Assembly (NCBI RefSeq): GCF_900167055.1
Contig: NZ_FUXP01000005.1
Span: forward strand, 55,003-119,002
DNA from: Lysobacter spongiicola DSM 21749
GTDB taxonomy: Bacteria > Pseudomonadota > Gammaproteobacteria > Xanthomonadales > Xanthomonadaceae
Length of the DNA: 64,000 bases
Reading direction: 5' to 3'
In this document: one piece after another, positions 21,602 through 30,992 of the stretch
Position numbering within the stretch: position 1 is the stretch's first letter
How the letters are laid out: every line of letters starts with the position of its first letter
Position numbers and translations under genes: made by a program
Notes under the pieces: model-generated
The model's input: only the letters and a program-made list of their open reading frames with translations
The model's database searches: none
Told to the model about the DNA's origin: nothing

Positions 21602-23929
21602 ATGGGGAACACAAGAAAGCTATGGATAGGGCTTGCCGCCCTGCTCATCGCATCGTTCAGCGTGCTGCTGTGGTCTGGCGGCGAGATCAACAAGAACAAG
21701 CCTCCAATGCCGGAGCAGGTGGTGGCCGAGGACGGCACCGTCATCTACACGCGTGCCGACCTGGAGCGGGGCCGACAGGTCTGGCAGACCATGGGCGGCA
21801 TGCAATTGGGCTCGATCTGGGGCCACGGGGCCTACGTTGCGCCTGACTGGAGTGCCGACTGGCTGCACCGCGAGGCGAAGGCCATCCTCGACATGTGGGC
21901 GCGCGCCGAAGGCGGTGCCGCCACCTACGACGAGCTCCCCGCCGGAGAGCGTGCCGCGCTGCAGGGTCGCCTGCAGGAGATGATGCGCGAGAACACCTAC
22001 GACCCGGAGACCGGGACGATCACCCTGGACATGGACCGGGTGGTGGCGATCTCGAACGTCTCGGCCCATTACGAAAGCCTGTTCGGCAACGATCCGGCGA
22101 CCGCCGAGCTGCGCGAAGCGTATGCGATGAAGAACAACACGGTCCCCGATGCCGAGCATCGCCGGACCCTGGCTTCGTTCTTCTGGTGGACCGCATGGGC
22201 GGCAACCACGGAACGCCACACCGGCGTCGAGGAGACCCTCACCCCCGACCAGCCGGGCGTCCAGGAGCGTCGCGTCACCTACACCAACAACTGGCCGGGT
22301 GAGCCGCTGGTAGGCAACACGCCGCCACCGAGCACCTGGGTGTGGTCGGCCTTCAGCGTGCTGTTCCTGATCGCCGGCATCGCGATCCTGGGCTGGCACC
22401 ATGCGGTCACCCACGACAACGATCCGACCCACAAGATCCCCGACCGGGATCCGCTGGCACAGCTGAAGATCACCCCCTCCATGCGCGCCACCGCCAAGTA
22501 CTTCTGGCTGGTGCTCGCGCTGTTCCTGGTGCAGATCCTGTTCGGCGCGATGACCGCGCACTACCAGGTGGAAGGCCAGGAGGCCTACGGTTACCAGCTG
22601 GCGGAGATCCTGCCCTACTCGATCACCCGCACCTGGCACACGCAACTGGCGGTGCTGTGGATCGCGGTCGCCTGGCTGGGCACGGGCCTCTACATCGGGC
22701 CGGCACTGTCGGGCCATGAGCCGCGCTTCCAGCGGCTCGGCGTCAACTTCCTGTTCGTCTGCCTTGTGGTGATCGTCGTCGGTGCCTTCGCCGGCCAGTG
22801 GTTCGCCGTGATGCAGAAGCTCGGCATCGCCAACAACTTCTGGTTTGGCCACCAGGGCTGGGAGTACGCCGACATCGGCCGCTTCTGGCAGTGGTTCCTC
22901 TTCATCGGCCTGCTGCTGTGGCTGACGATGGTGGGCCGTTCGTTGTGGCCGATCCTGACCGGCCCCAAGACCGACACCAAGGCGATCGTCGGCCTGCTGT
23001 TCATGTCCACCGTCGCCATCGGCGTGTTCTTCGCCGCCGGCCTCATGTGGCGCGAGCACACCCACATCTCGATCGTCGAGTACTGGCGCTGGTGGCTGGT
23101 GCACCTGTGGGTGGAAGGCTTCTTCGAAGTGTTCGCCACCGCGGTGATGGCATTGATCTTCACCCGCCTGGGCCTGCTGCGCACTTCGACGGCCGCGGTG
23201 GCGGTGCTGTTCGCCACCATCGTGTTCATGACCGGCGGCGTGCTGGGCACCCTGCACCACCTGTACTTCGTCGGCAGCCCGACGGCGGTGATCGCGCTGG
23301 GCGCCAGCTTCAGTGCACTGGAAGTGGTGCCGCTGGCCTACATCGGCTTCGAGGCCTACCACACCTACAGGTTGGGCAAGGCAACGCCCTGGATGCGGCG
23401 CTACCGCTGGCCGATCTTCTTCTTCCTGTCGGTGTCGTTCTGGAACCTGGTGGGTGCCGGCCTGTTCGGCTTCCTGATCAACCCGCCGCTGTCGCTGTAC
23501 TACATGCAGGGCCTCAACCTGACGCCGCTGCACGGCCACACCGCACTGTTCGGCGTGTACGGCATGCTCGGCATCGCACTGGTGCTGTTCTGCATGCGTG
23601 GGCTGCGGCCGAACCAGGTGTGGAACGAGAAGGCACTGCGGCTCAGCTTCTGGTCGCTCAACATCGGCCTGGCATTGATGGCGGTGCTCACGCTGCTGCC
23701 GCTGGGCACGATGCAGCTTCTGGCGGCGATCGAACACGGCTACTGGTATGCACGCTCGGCCGAGTTCATGCAGAAGCCCATCGTCGACCTGCTGGTGTGG
23801 ATGCGGGTACCGGGCGATACGATCTTCAGCATCGGCGCGCTGGCCCTGATCTACTTCGTGCTGCGCCTCTGGGTGCGACCGAAGCTGGAAGAGCCTGACA
23901 AGCACCGGTCCGACATCCGGGCCGGCTGA
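21602..23929 (+). CDS. norB: quinol-dependent nitric oxide reductase (qNor) large subunit
   Basis: ~775 aa. The N-terminal NorC-like periplasmic extension is fused to a 12-TM heme-copper oxidase-like core (His ligands HHLYF, HGHTALFG). Confidence 0.85.
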   Translation: MGNTRKLWIGLAALLIASFSVLLWSGGEINKNKPPMPEQVVAEDGTVIYTRADLERGRQVWQTMGGMQLGSIWGHGAYVAPDWSADWLHREAKAILDMWARAEGGAATYDELPAGERAALQGRLQEMMRENTYDPETGTITLDMDRVVAISNVSAHYESLFGNDPATAELREAYAMKNNTVPDAEHRRTLASFFWWTAWAATTERHTGVEETLTPDQPGVQERRVTYTNNWPGEPLVGNTPPPSTWVWSAFSVLFLIAGIAILGWHHAVTHDNDPTHKIPDRDPLAQLKITPSMRATAKYFWLVLALFLVQILFGAMTAHYQVEGQEAYGYQLAEILPYSITRTWHTQLAVLWIAVAWLGTGLYIGPALSGHEPRFQRLGVNFLFVCLVVIVVGAFAGQWFAVMQKLGIANNFWFGHQGWEYADIGRFWQWFLFIGLLLWLTMVGRSLWPILTGPKTDTKAIVGLLFMSTVAIGVFFAAGLMWREHTHISIVEYWRWWLVHLWVEGFFEVFATAVMALIFTRLGLLRTSTAAVAVLFATIVFMTGGVLGTLHHLYFVGSPTAVIALGASFSALEVVPLAYIGFEAYHTYRLGKATPWMRRYRWPIFFFLSVSFWNLVGAGLFGFLINPPLSLYYMQGLNLTPLHGHTALFGVYGMLGIALVLFCMRGLRPNQVWNEKALRLSFWSLNIGLALMAVLTLLPLGTMQLLAAIEHGYWYARSAEFMQKPIVDLLVWMRVPGDTIFSIGALALIYFVLRLWVRPKLEEPDKHRSDIRAG

Positions 23930-23945
23930 TCCGGGCAACAACGAA

Positions 23946-23978
23946 GGGGGCGGCCACGATGGCCGCCCCTTTTTTTTT
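23946..23978 (+). terminator. rho-independent terminator
   Basis: GGGGGCGGCCacgatGGCCGCCCC hairpin followed by T9. Confidence 0.9.
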
Positions 23979-24050
23979 GCGCAGCTCCGCACGCCGGCGC
24001 CTCTGATCTGGGTCAATGTCGTGCGGGCCCAAAGGAGCCATCCTGTCGCC

Positions 24051-25283
24051 ATGCAGAATTCCACCCCCCGCCCCGCTCCCGGGATGTCGCCGGCCATACT
24101 CGGCGAGGCCCCCCACCGGCTGATGTTCTTCATCGGCGCCACCAACGTGCTGCTCGCCATGGCCTGGTGGGCCGCGTGGCTGGTGTCGGCGCGCTGGCCG
24201 GGCTTCGTGATGCCGCAGCCCTCCCCCTTTGCCGGATGGCTGCACGCCTTCGTGATGCAGTACCAGGTACTGCCCAGCTTCTTCTTCGGCTTCCTGCTCA
24301 CCACCTTTCCCAAGTGGACCGGACAGCCCGACTTCGAGCGCTGGCGCTATGTCCCGGTCGGCCTGGGCCTGTTCGGCGGACAGCTGGCCACGCTGCTGGG
24401 CGCCGTCGGCTGGGAGGCCGGGATCATGGTCGGCCTGCTGATGACCATCGCAGGCTGGTTTGCCGGCCTGGTCACGCTCGCCCCGGTGCTGTGGCGCGAG
24501 CAGGGCACCACCTGGCATGCGCGCTCCTGCTTCGCCGGCCTGGCACTGGGTTTCATCGGCGTGCTGGCATGGACGGCCTTCAACCTCGGTGCCTCGCCCT
24601 TCTGGGTGTTCGTCAGCATCAAGCTCGGCACCTTCGGGTTGCTGCTGCCGGTCTACGTGACCGTCGCGCATCGCATGTTCCCGTTCTTCGCCAGCCGGGT
24701 GGTGCCCGGCTACGCGCAGTGGCGGCCGATGTGGCTGCTGGCGGCATTCTGGCCGCTGGCGCTCGGCCACCTGATCCTCGAGCTGTTCCATGCCTACGGC
24801 TGGCTGTGGATCGTCGACGTCCCGCTGTTGGCGATCACGACGCTGATGCTGTGGCGCTGGTGGCCGCGCGGGCCGAAGCCGGAGATCCTGGCGGTGCTGT
24901 TCGTCGGCCTGGCCTGGTTGCCGATCGCTTTCGCCCTCTACGTCGGCCAGAGCATCGCCTACGAGTTGACCGGCATCTACTGGCTCGGGCGCGGCCCGGC
25001 GCATGCGTTGTTCATCGGCTTCTTCGGCAGCGTGCTGGTGGCCATGGTGACGCGCGTCACCCAGGGGCACTCCGGCCGCCCGCTGAGCATGTCGCCCACG
25101 GCGTGGTTCGCGTTCGTGGCGATCCAACTGGTGGCGGTGACCCGGGTGGTGGCGGAAGTCGCACCCGACGCCATGGCCTGGCAGGCCGCTGCCGCGATCG
25201 GCTGGCTGGTGGCCTTCGCGCCCTGGGTGGTCCGTATCGGCGCCATCTACCTGACCCCGCGGATCGACGGCCGTCCGGGCTGA
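24051..25283 (+). CDS. nnrS: NnrS family protein (NO-response heme-copper membrane protein)
   Basis: About 12 TM helices. NnrS-like conserved His/aromatic pattern downstream of norB. Alternative starts lie at 24021 and 24084. Confidence 0.7.
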   Translation: MQNSTPRPAPGMSPAILGEAPHRLMFFIGATNVLLAMAWWAAWLVSARWPGFVMPQPSPFAGWLHAFVMQYQVLPSFFFGFLLTTFPKWTGQPDFERWRYVPVGLGLFGGQLATLLGAVGWEAGIMVGLLMTIAGWFAGLVTLAPVLWREQGTTWHARSCFAGLALGFIGVLAWTAFNLGASPFWVFVSIKLGTFGLLLPVYVTVAHRMFPFFASRVVPGYAQWRPMWLLAAFWPLALGHLILELFHAYGWLWIVDVPLLAITTLMLWRWWPRGPKPEILAVLFVGLAWLPIAFALYVGQSIAYELTGIYWLGRGPAHALFIGFFGSVLVAMVTRVTQGHSGRPLSMSPTAWFAFVAIQLVAVTRVVAEVAPDAMAWQAAAAIGWLVAFAPWVVRIGAIYLTPRIDGRPG

Positions 25284-25314
25284 CATCCCGACCCCACTTC
25301 AAGGAAACCCGTTC

Positions 25315-25716
25315 GTGATCGAGTTCTACCCCCAGATCAAGCACGTCCACATCATGATGGCGGTCGCCAGCGGCCTGCTGTTCGCGTTGCGCGGCGCAGG
25401 CGCGCTGGCCGGCATGCGCTGGCCGCAATGGACCGCGGTGCGCTGGACCAGTTACGGCATCGACACCACCCTGCTGACGGCGGCGCTGATGTTGCTGACC
25501 ATCCTGCCCGGCGGCATGTTCGCCAACGGCTGGCTGGCGACCAAGCTGGTGCTGCTGGTGGTGTACGTGGTGCTGGGCATCTTCGCCCTGCGTCGCGGCC
25601 GCACACGGGCAGTGCGCGCGGGTTTCTATGTCGCCGCCCTGGCCACCTTCGCAATGGTCTACTCCATTGCCCGCGCGCACCATCCAATGGGGTTCCTCTA
25701 TGGCCTTGTCGGCTGA
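25315..25716 (+). CDS. SirB2/YchQ family membrane protein
   Basis: 133 aa with 4 TM helices. The WLATKLVLLVVYVVLG segment is similar to E. coli YchQ. Confidence 0.55.
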   Translation: MIEFYPQIKHVHIMMAVASGLLFALRGAGALAGMRWPQWTAVRWTSYGIDTTLLTAALMLLTILPGGMFANGWLATKLVLLVVYVVLGIFALRRGRTRAVRAGFYVAALATFAMVYSIARAHHPMGFLYGLVG

Positions 25717-27712
25717 CCTGCCGGTGCCGGGCAGCCTGCCCGCACCCACGCCCCGGCCCGCCCGGGATCCGGACCGGCCGTTGCTGGACGCACTGTTCCT
25801 GGGGCCCTACGGCGAGAACGACACCCTGTTGGAGAAGCTGGTGGTGGAGTTCCTGCGCGACCACGTCTACTGGCGCCGCAACTTCCATCCCGAGGACCCG
25901 CCGGCGATCCCGACCCACGCGGCCCAGCAGCCGGAATACCAGGCCTTCGAGGCCCGGCTGCGGCGGGAACTGCACCAGCTGTCGGCCTCGCTGAAGAAGT
26001 CGGTGCCGTTCCACAGCCCCCGCTACATCGGCCACATGGCCTCGGACCTGCTGCTGCCCGGCCTGGCCGCGCAGATGCTCACCCTGCCCTACAACCCCAA
26101 CAACGTCAGCGAGGACGCGGCACCGGTCACCATCGACCTTGAGGTGCAGGTCGGCCTGCAACTGGCGCGCATGCTCGGTTATCCCAGCGACCCCGCGCAG
26201 CCGCAATGCGCCTTCGGCCACCTTACCTCTGGCGGCACGGTCGCCAACTACCAGGCGCTGCGGCTCGCGCTTGCGTTGAAGGCATTCCCGGTGGCCTTGC
26301 GGGCGGCGGGCGTGCCGGATATCGAGCTGCCCGGCGATGACTGGTCGGCCTTCAACGCCGGCCCTGACGCAGGCACCGAGCTGCTGGTGAAGTGGCAGGA
26401 CTGGCTCGCGGCGCAGTCGCCGCGCGACCGCAGGCGCTGGCGCGAGGCGGTGCAGGCCGAGCGGATCGAGCATCTGGGCATGGTGGGCTTCTTCGCCCGC
26501 CACCAGGACCTGCGGGTGCCGAAGGTGCTCGCGCCGATCACCGCGCACTACTCCTGGAGCAAGGGGCTGAAGCTGCTGGGCCTGGGGCGCGACCAGCTGG
26601 AATTGCTGCCGGAACGCGGCATGCGCTTGGATGCCGAAGCGCTGGAAGAGACGCTGCAGCGATGCGGGCGCGAAAGGCAGCCGGTGCTGATGGCGGTGGC
26701 GGTACTGGGCACGACGGAATACGGCACGGTCGACCCGGTCGATGCGGTGGTCGACGCACGCGCCCGCGCACTCGAACGTGGCCTGGGCTTCAGCGTGCAC
26801 GTCGACGGCGCCTGGGGCGGCTACCTCGCCACCCTGTTCCGCAACCCCGATGGCAGCCTGCGCGGCCTGTGCGAGGTGCGCGAGGACTACGCGCGCTTCC
26901 CGTTGCCGGAGGTACATGCCGCTTTCGCCGCGCTGGGGCGGACCGACTCGGTCACCGTCGACCCGCACAAGCTCGGCTACCTGCCCTACGGCGCCGGCGC
27001 TTTCATCTGCCGCGACCATCGCGCCACTGCGCTGCTGTCGGAGGCGGCGGACTATGTGTTCCGCGAGGGGCCGGTCGATCCGGACCCGGCGCGCAATTAC
27101 CTCACGCGTTACCGGCAGCTGGGCCAGTTCGTGCCCGAGGGTTCCAAGTCCGGCGCCGCCGCGGCCGCGGTATACGTGACACACAAGGTGCTGCCGCTGG
27201 ACCATGAGAACTTCGGCCGGCTGCCCCGGCAGACGGTGCTGGCGGCGGAGGCATTGCATGAAGCGACCCTCGGCCTGGCCCGTGAGCTGGACGGCGTGGC
27301 CCGTGTGGCCGTGCCGTTCGCCCCTGACAGCAACCTGGTGTGCCTGGCGATCAACCCGGCCGGCAACGCCGACCTGTCGGTGGCCAACGCCTTCGTGCGC
27401 AGGATCCACGACGAACTGCGCAGCGACCCGCGCCAGCCGCTCCAGCTCAAGGAGTTCTTCGGTTCGATGACGACGCTGCGGCCCGAAGCCGTCGGCGATG
27501 TCGAGATGGCACGGATCCTGGGCGCGATCGGGTTGGATCCGGACACGCTGGATCCCGACGGTGGCAACGATAACGATCGTCTGGTGATCCTGCGCCACAC
27601 ACTGATGAACCCCTACCTGGTCGACCACGCCAACGGCATCAGCTACATCGACATGTACCTGGCCTACCTGGGCCGGCGCATCCGCAGCCTGTTGTTGGTC
27701 CCGGCGGCGTGA
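25700..27712 (+). CDS. PLP-dependent group II amino-acid decarboxylase (large form)
   Basis: HLTSGGTVANYQALRLAL and DPHKLGYLPYGAG (PLP-Lys) motifs. ~670 aa. Confidence 0.75.
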   Translation: MALSADLPVPGSLPAPTPRPARDPDRPLLDALFLGPYGENDTLLEKLVVEFLRDHVYWRRNFHPEDPPAIPTHAAQQPEYQAFEARLRRELHQLSASLKKSVPFHSPRYIGHMASDLLLPGLAAQMLTLPYNPNNVSEDAAPVTIDLEVQVGLQLARMLGYPSDPAQPQCAFGHLTSGGTVANYQALRLALALKAFPVALRAAGVPDIELPGDDWSAFNAGPDAGTELLVKWQDWLAAQSPRDRRRWREAVQAERIEHLGMVGFFARHQDLRVPKVLAPITAHYSWSKGLKLLGLGRDQLELLPERGMRLDAEALEETLQRCGRERQPVLMAVAVLGTTEYGTVDPVDAVVDARARALERGLGFSVHVDGAWGGYLATLFRNPDGSLRGLCEVREDYARFPLPEVHAAFAALGRTDSVTVDPHKLGYLPYGAGAFICRDHRATALLSEAADYVFREGPVDPDPARNYLTRYRQLGQFVPEGSKSGAAAAAVYVTHKVLPLDHENFGRLPRQTVLAAEALHEATLGLARELDGVARVAVPFAPDSNLVCLAINPAGNADLSVANAFVRRIHDELRSDPRQPLQLKEFFGSMTTLRPEAVGDVEMARILGAIGLDPDTLDPDGGNDNDRLVILRHTLMNPYLVDHANGISYIDMYLAYLGRRIRSLLLVPAA

Positions 27713-28800
27713 GCACGACGGCCGCCTCGACCGAAGAGATGCGCCAGTGGACGCGGCAGTCGCTTGCGCGCCTTCGGCAGGAGGCCGCGCGGTCGGCAGA
27801 CACCCATCTGTTGAAACTCGAGTTCCCGGGCTTCCCCGGCATCGACTTCTACTTCAAGGACGAGGCCGCCCACCCGACCGGCAGCCTCAAGCACCGCCTC
27901 GCGCGTTCGCTGTACCTGTACGCGCTGTGCAACGGGCGGCTGCGGCGCGGGCAGCCGGTGGTCGACGCCTCCTCGGGCAGCACCGCGATCTCCGAAGCCT
28001 GGTTCGCGCGGTTGCTCGGGCTGCAATTCACCGCGGTGATGCCGGCTTGCACCGCACCGCGCAAGATCGCCGACGTACAGGCGCTGGGCGGCCACTGCGA
28101 CCTGGTCGACGACCCTGCGCAGGTCTACGAGCGGGCCGCCTGGCATGCCACCAACGGTGCCTGTCACCTCGACCAGTTCGGCCTGGCCGAACGCGCGACC
28201 GATTGGCGCGGCAACAACAACATCGCCGAGTCGATCATCGGGCAGTTGGCGGGAGAACCACATCCGGAACCGGCATGGATCGTCTGTGGCGCCGGTACCG
28301 GTGGGACGTCCGCCACCATCGGCCGCTACCTGCGCTACCGCAGCCTGCCCACCGGCCTGTGCGTCGCCGACCCTGCCGGAAGCGCTTTTATCCATGGCTG
28401 GCACCGTCGCGATCGCGATGCCACCTGCAGCCATCCCACGGTGATCGAAGGCATTGGCCGCCCACGTGTTGAACCCGGCTTCCTGTTCGACGTCGTCGAT
28501 GAAGTCGTCGAGGTGCCCGACACCGCCTCCATCGCCGCCATGCGGCTGCTCGAAGAGCACCTTGGCCGGCGCTATGGCGGATCCTCCGGCACCAACCTCG
28601 TCGGCTGCCTGCGGCTCGCCGCGCAGATGCGCGCCGATGGCATCGAGGGCAGCATCGTCAGCCTGCTGTGCGACCCCGGCGAGCGCTACGACCAGACCCT
28701 GTACGACCCGGCATGGCTGACACGACGCGGGCTGGACCCGTCCGGCGCCGAGGCCGCACTCCGTGCGATCATTGCCACCGGGGAATGGCACGGCCTGTAG
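27709..28800 (+). CDS. PALP-fold (cysteine synthase/threonine dehydratase superfamily) PLP enzyme
   Basis: GSLKHRLARS PLP-lysine motif and GTGGTSATIGRYL glycine loop. ATGA overlap with the upstream decarboxylase. Confidence 0.7.
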   Translation: MSTTAASTEEMRQWTRQSLARLRQEAARSADTHLLKLEFPGFPGIDFYFKDEAAHPTGSLKHRLARSLYLYALCNGRLRRGQPVVDASSGSTAISEAWFARLLGLQFTAVMPACTAPRKIADVQALGGHCDLVDDPAQVYERAAWHATNGACHLDQFGLAERATDWRGNNNIAESIIGQLAGEPHPEPAWIVCGAGTGGTSATIGRYLRYRSLPTGLCVADPAGSAFIHGWHRRDRDATCSHPTVIEGIGRPRVEPGFLFDVVDEVVEVPDTASIAAMRLLEEHLGRRYGGSSGTNLVGCLRLAAQMRADGIEGSIVSLLCDPGERYDQTLYDPAWLTRRGLDPSGAEAALRAIIATGEWHGL

Positions 28801-28925
28801 AAGGCCTGACCCGTCGGGGGACGGGACCACGCGAGGCACAAGTAATGAACCGGCGAACCGACCGTTCGTCGGATCGTCGTGGATGCCGATTGTTTAATTA
28901 CATGTAAGAAACTAGGATCACTTAC

Positions 28926-29588
28926 ATGAAAGCAGGGAAGCCAAAGTCGTCGGCAGTCTACGTCCGGGAATTCCGGGCGCGGATGCGCGAGGCCGGACTG
29001 GTCAAGAAGGACGTCTGGATCCGGCCGGAGTACGCCCGGGACCTGGCGGCGGCGGAACAGCGATTCCGCCAGATCCCAGGCACAGCTACGACCGCGGCTT
29101 CCGCGCCGGCCCAGCGGGACGACGCCGCCGCAACGCCGGGTTGGACCCTGCCCTCGCTCCAGCACGCCCTGGAAACCTCTCCCCTTGTGCAATCGGGCGG
29201 GATCGAAGTCCACCGCTCCGAAGGCGCCGACCCGACCCTGCGCCTGGTGATGCGCGAGTACGGCGACCTGCCTGTGTTTATCGCCGTGGGCGGCTGGCAG
29301 ATCGTGGTCCAGGTACTGATGTGGCCGGTCGACCACGTGACCGATCCGGCCGCCTTCAATGCCCACGTCCTGCGCACCCACAAGCTGCTGCCCCTGACCA
29401 CGATGGGCATCGAGCCTGTGGCCGGGGTAGCGAGCTACATCATGTTCGGCTCGCTGGGGACCCAGTCGAGCCTTGCCGACATCCTCTTCGAGATCGACAC
29501 GCTGGCCGAGAACGTCATCGCCTGTGTCGACGCCTACGGCTTCTTCCTGCGCGATGACGTGTTGCCGCAGGACGAGACACGCCCATGA
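28926..29588 (+). CDS. DUF2170 (YjfI-like) protein
   Basis: Position upstream of a PspA/YjfJ-like gene is as in E. coli yjfIJ. The C-terminal region is conserved. The DUF assignment is tentative. Confidence 0.5.
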   Translation: MKAGKPKSSAVYVREFRARMREAGLVKKDVWIRPEYARDLAAAEQRFRQIPGTATTAASAPAQRDDAAATPGWTLPSLQHALETSPLVQSGGIEVHRSEGADPTLRLVMREYGDLPVFIAVGGWQIVVQVLMWPVDHVTDPAAFNAHVLRTHKLLPLTTMGIEPVAGVASYIMFGSLGTQSSLADILFEIDTLAENVIACVDAYGFFLRDDVLPQDETRP

Positions 29589-30337
29589 AGCCCGGCAGCA
29601 CCTTCCTCGGCCGCCTCAGCGCGCAGATCGCGGGCATCGGCGAGATCGCCCGCGGGTGGAATGCCGGCCGTGAGCTGGACGATCGGATCCATCGGGTCGA
29701 TGAAGAGTTGCGCACCCTCCGCCGCGAGATGGACGTACTCAAGGCGCAGGCCCTCACCACCCGGGAGCGTCGCGATGCCCTGGCAGACAAGCTCCTGCAG
29801 CGGGAAACCCAGGCGATGGATGCGCTGCGGACCGGACATCCGGCGCTGGCAAGGGAGGTCGCCGCAGCCATCGTCGACCTGGAAGCCGAACACCGGGCCG
29901 AGCAGGCGCTACTGGCGGCCAACGCGAAGCAGGCGGCTGGCCTCCAGGCGATGGTGCGGCAGGGCGAGAACACGCTGAGACGCCTCAAGCACGAGCTCGA
30001 CCTGCTGCGCGCGTCGGAAGCGGTCGCCAGTGCCGAACAGGCTTTCGCCGGAAGCCAGGCCGGAGAAGGGGCCGGCATCCCCACCGCCATCGATTCCGCC
30101 GAGCTGTTGCGGGCGCGACAGGCCGCCGCGCAGTCCGATGCTGCTCTGGCGACCGGTTCCGCAGGTCCCGATCCGCTGGACGAGAAGCTGCGGAAAGCGG
30201 GAATCGCGCAGCCGGCGTCGCCGGTGGACGCCGTCCTGGCCCGGCTGGCGGAACAGGCAGGAGTCACCGCACGACCGCCGGGCCGGTCCGGGAAGCGATC
30301 CGGCACCGCGGCAAACAAGGAGAATCCCGATGAGTGA
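29585..30337 (+). CDS. PspA/IM30 family protein (YjfJ-like)
   Basis: All-helical coiled coil of 250 aa with a PspA-like N-terminal amphipathic region. ATGA overlap with the upstream gene. Confidence 0.7.
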   Translation: MKPGSTFLGRLSAQIAGIGEIARGWNAGRELDDRIHRVDEELRTLRREMDVLKAQALTTRERRDALADKLLQRETQAMDALRTGHPALAREVAAAIVDLEAEHRAEQALLAANAKQAAGLQAMVRQGENTLRRLKHELDLLRASEAVASAEQAFAGSQAGEGAGIPTAIDSAELLRARQAAAQSDAALATGSAGPDPLDEKLRKAGIAQPASPVDAVLARLAEQAGVTARPPGRSGKRSGTAANKENPDE

Positions 30338-30965
30338 GTTCCTGCTGACCGTCCTGACCTTCCCCACGCTCGCCTATAGCGTGGTGCTAGCGGTATGCAC
30401 GATCTACTGGGCGCTGGCGGCTACCGGGCTGGTGGAGACGGACGCACTTGATGGCCTGCTGGGTGGCGACGGCGATGTCGGCGATTCCAGTGGCGCTGCC
30501 GCCATGCTGTCCAGGCTCGGCCTGTCAGGCGTGCCGGTGATGGTGGTAATCACCGTGCTGGCCTTCGTTGGTTGGCTCGGCACCTACTTCGTGCACCTGC
30601 TGCTATTGGCGCACCTGGGCGACACCCTGCGCCCGGTCATCGGCGCGGCGGTCGCGGTCGCGATGCTGGTCCCCGGCATCTTCGCGACCTCCGCGCTGCT
30701 GCGCCCGCTGGGGCGCTGGTTGCTCAAGCTGCGTCCGCCACGCGACCCCTCGATCCTGGGGCGCGTAGCGGTGGTCAGCACCCCGGAAGTAAGCGTGGAC
30801 TACGGCATGGCGACCGTCGATGACGGCGGCGCCGGCCTGGTCCTGCAAGTGCGTGATCAGGAACCCGGCCGATTCAAACGCGGCGACCGGGTCGTGCTCA
30901 TCGAATACCTCGATGCGCAGCATGCCTACCGCGTGATACCGGAACGGCAGTTCCAGGCCCTGTAA
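30330..30965 (+). CDS. YqiJ/NfeD-like membrane protein with C-terminal OB-fold
   Basis: TM helices plus a C-terminal beta-rich OB-like domain (GRVAVVSTPEV...GDRVVLIEYLD). It is immediately upstream of the flotillin, as in yqiJK. Confidence 0.65.
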   Translation: MSEFLLTVLTFPTLAYSVVLAVCTIYWALAATGLVETDALDGLLGGDGDVGDSSGAAAMLSRLGLSGVPVMVVITVLAFVGWLGTYFVHLLLLAHLGDTLRPVIGAAVAVAMLVPGIFATSALLRPLGRWLLKLRPPRDPSILGRVAVVSTPEVSVDYGMATVDDGGAGLVLQVRDQEPGRFKRGDRVVLIEYLDAQHAYRVIPERQFQAL

Positions 30966-30992
30966 GAGTTCGATTCCCAAGGAGAGGTAGCA

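Noticed and set aside
24001-24020. Possible FNR/NnrR site CTGATCTGGGTCAAT upstream of nnrS
   Set aside because: Half-site spacing (TGAT-N5-TCAA) does not fit TTGAT-N4-ATCAA. It is too degenerate to call.
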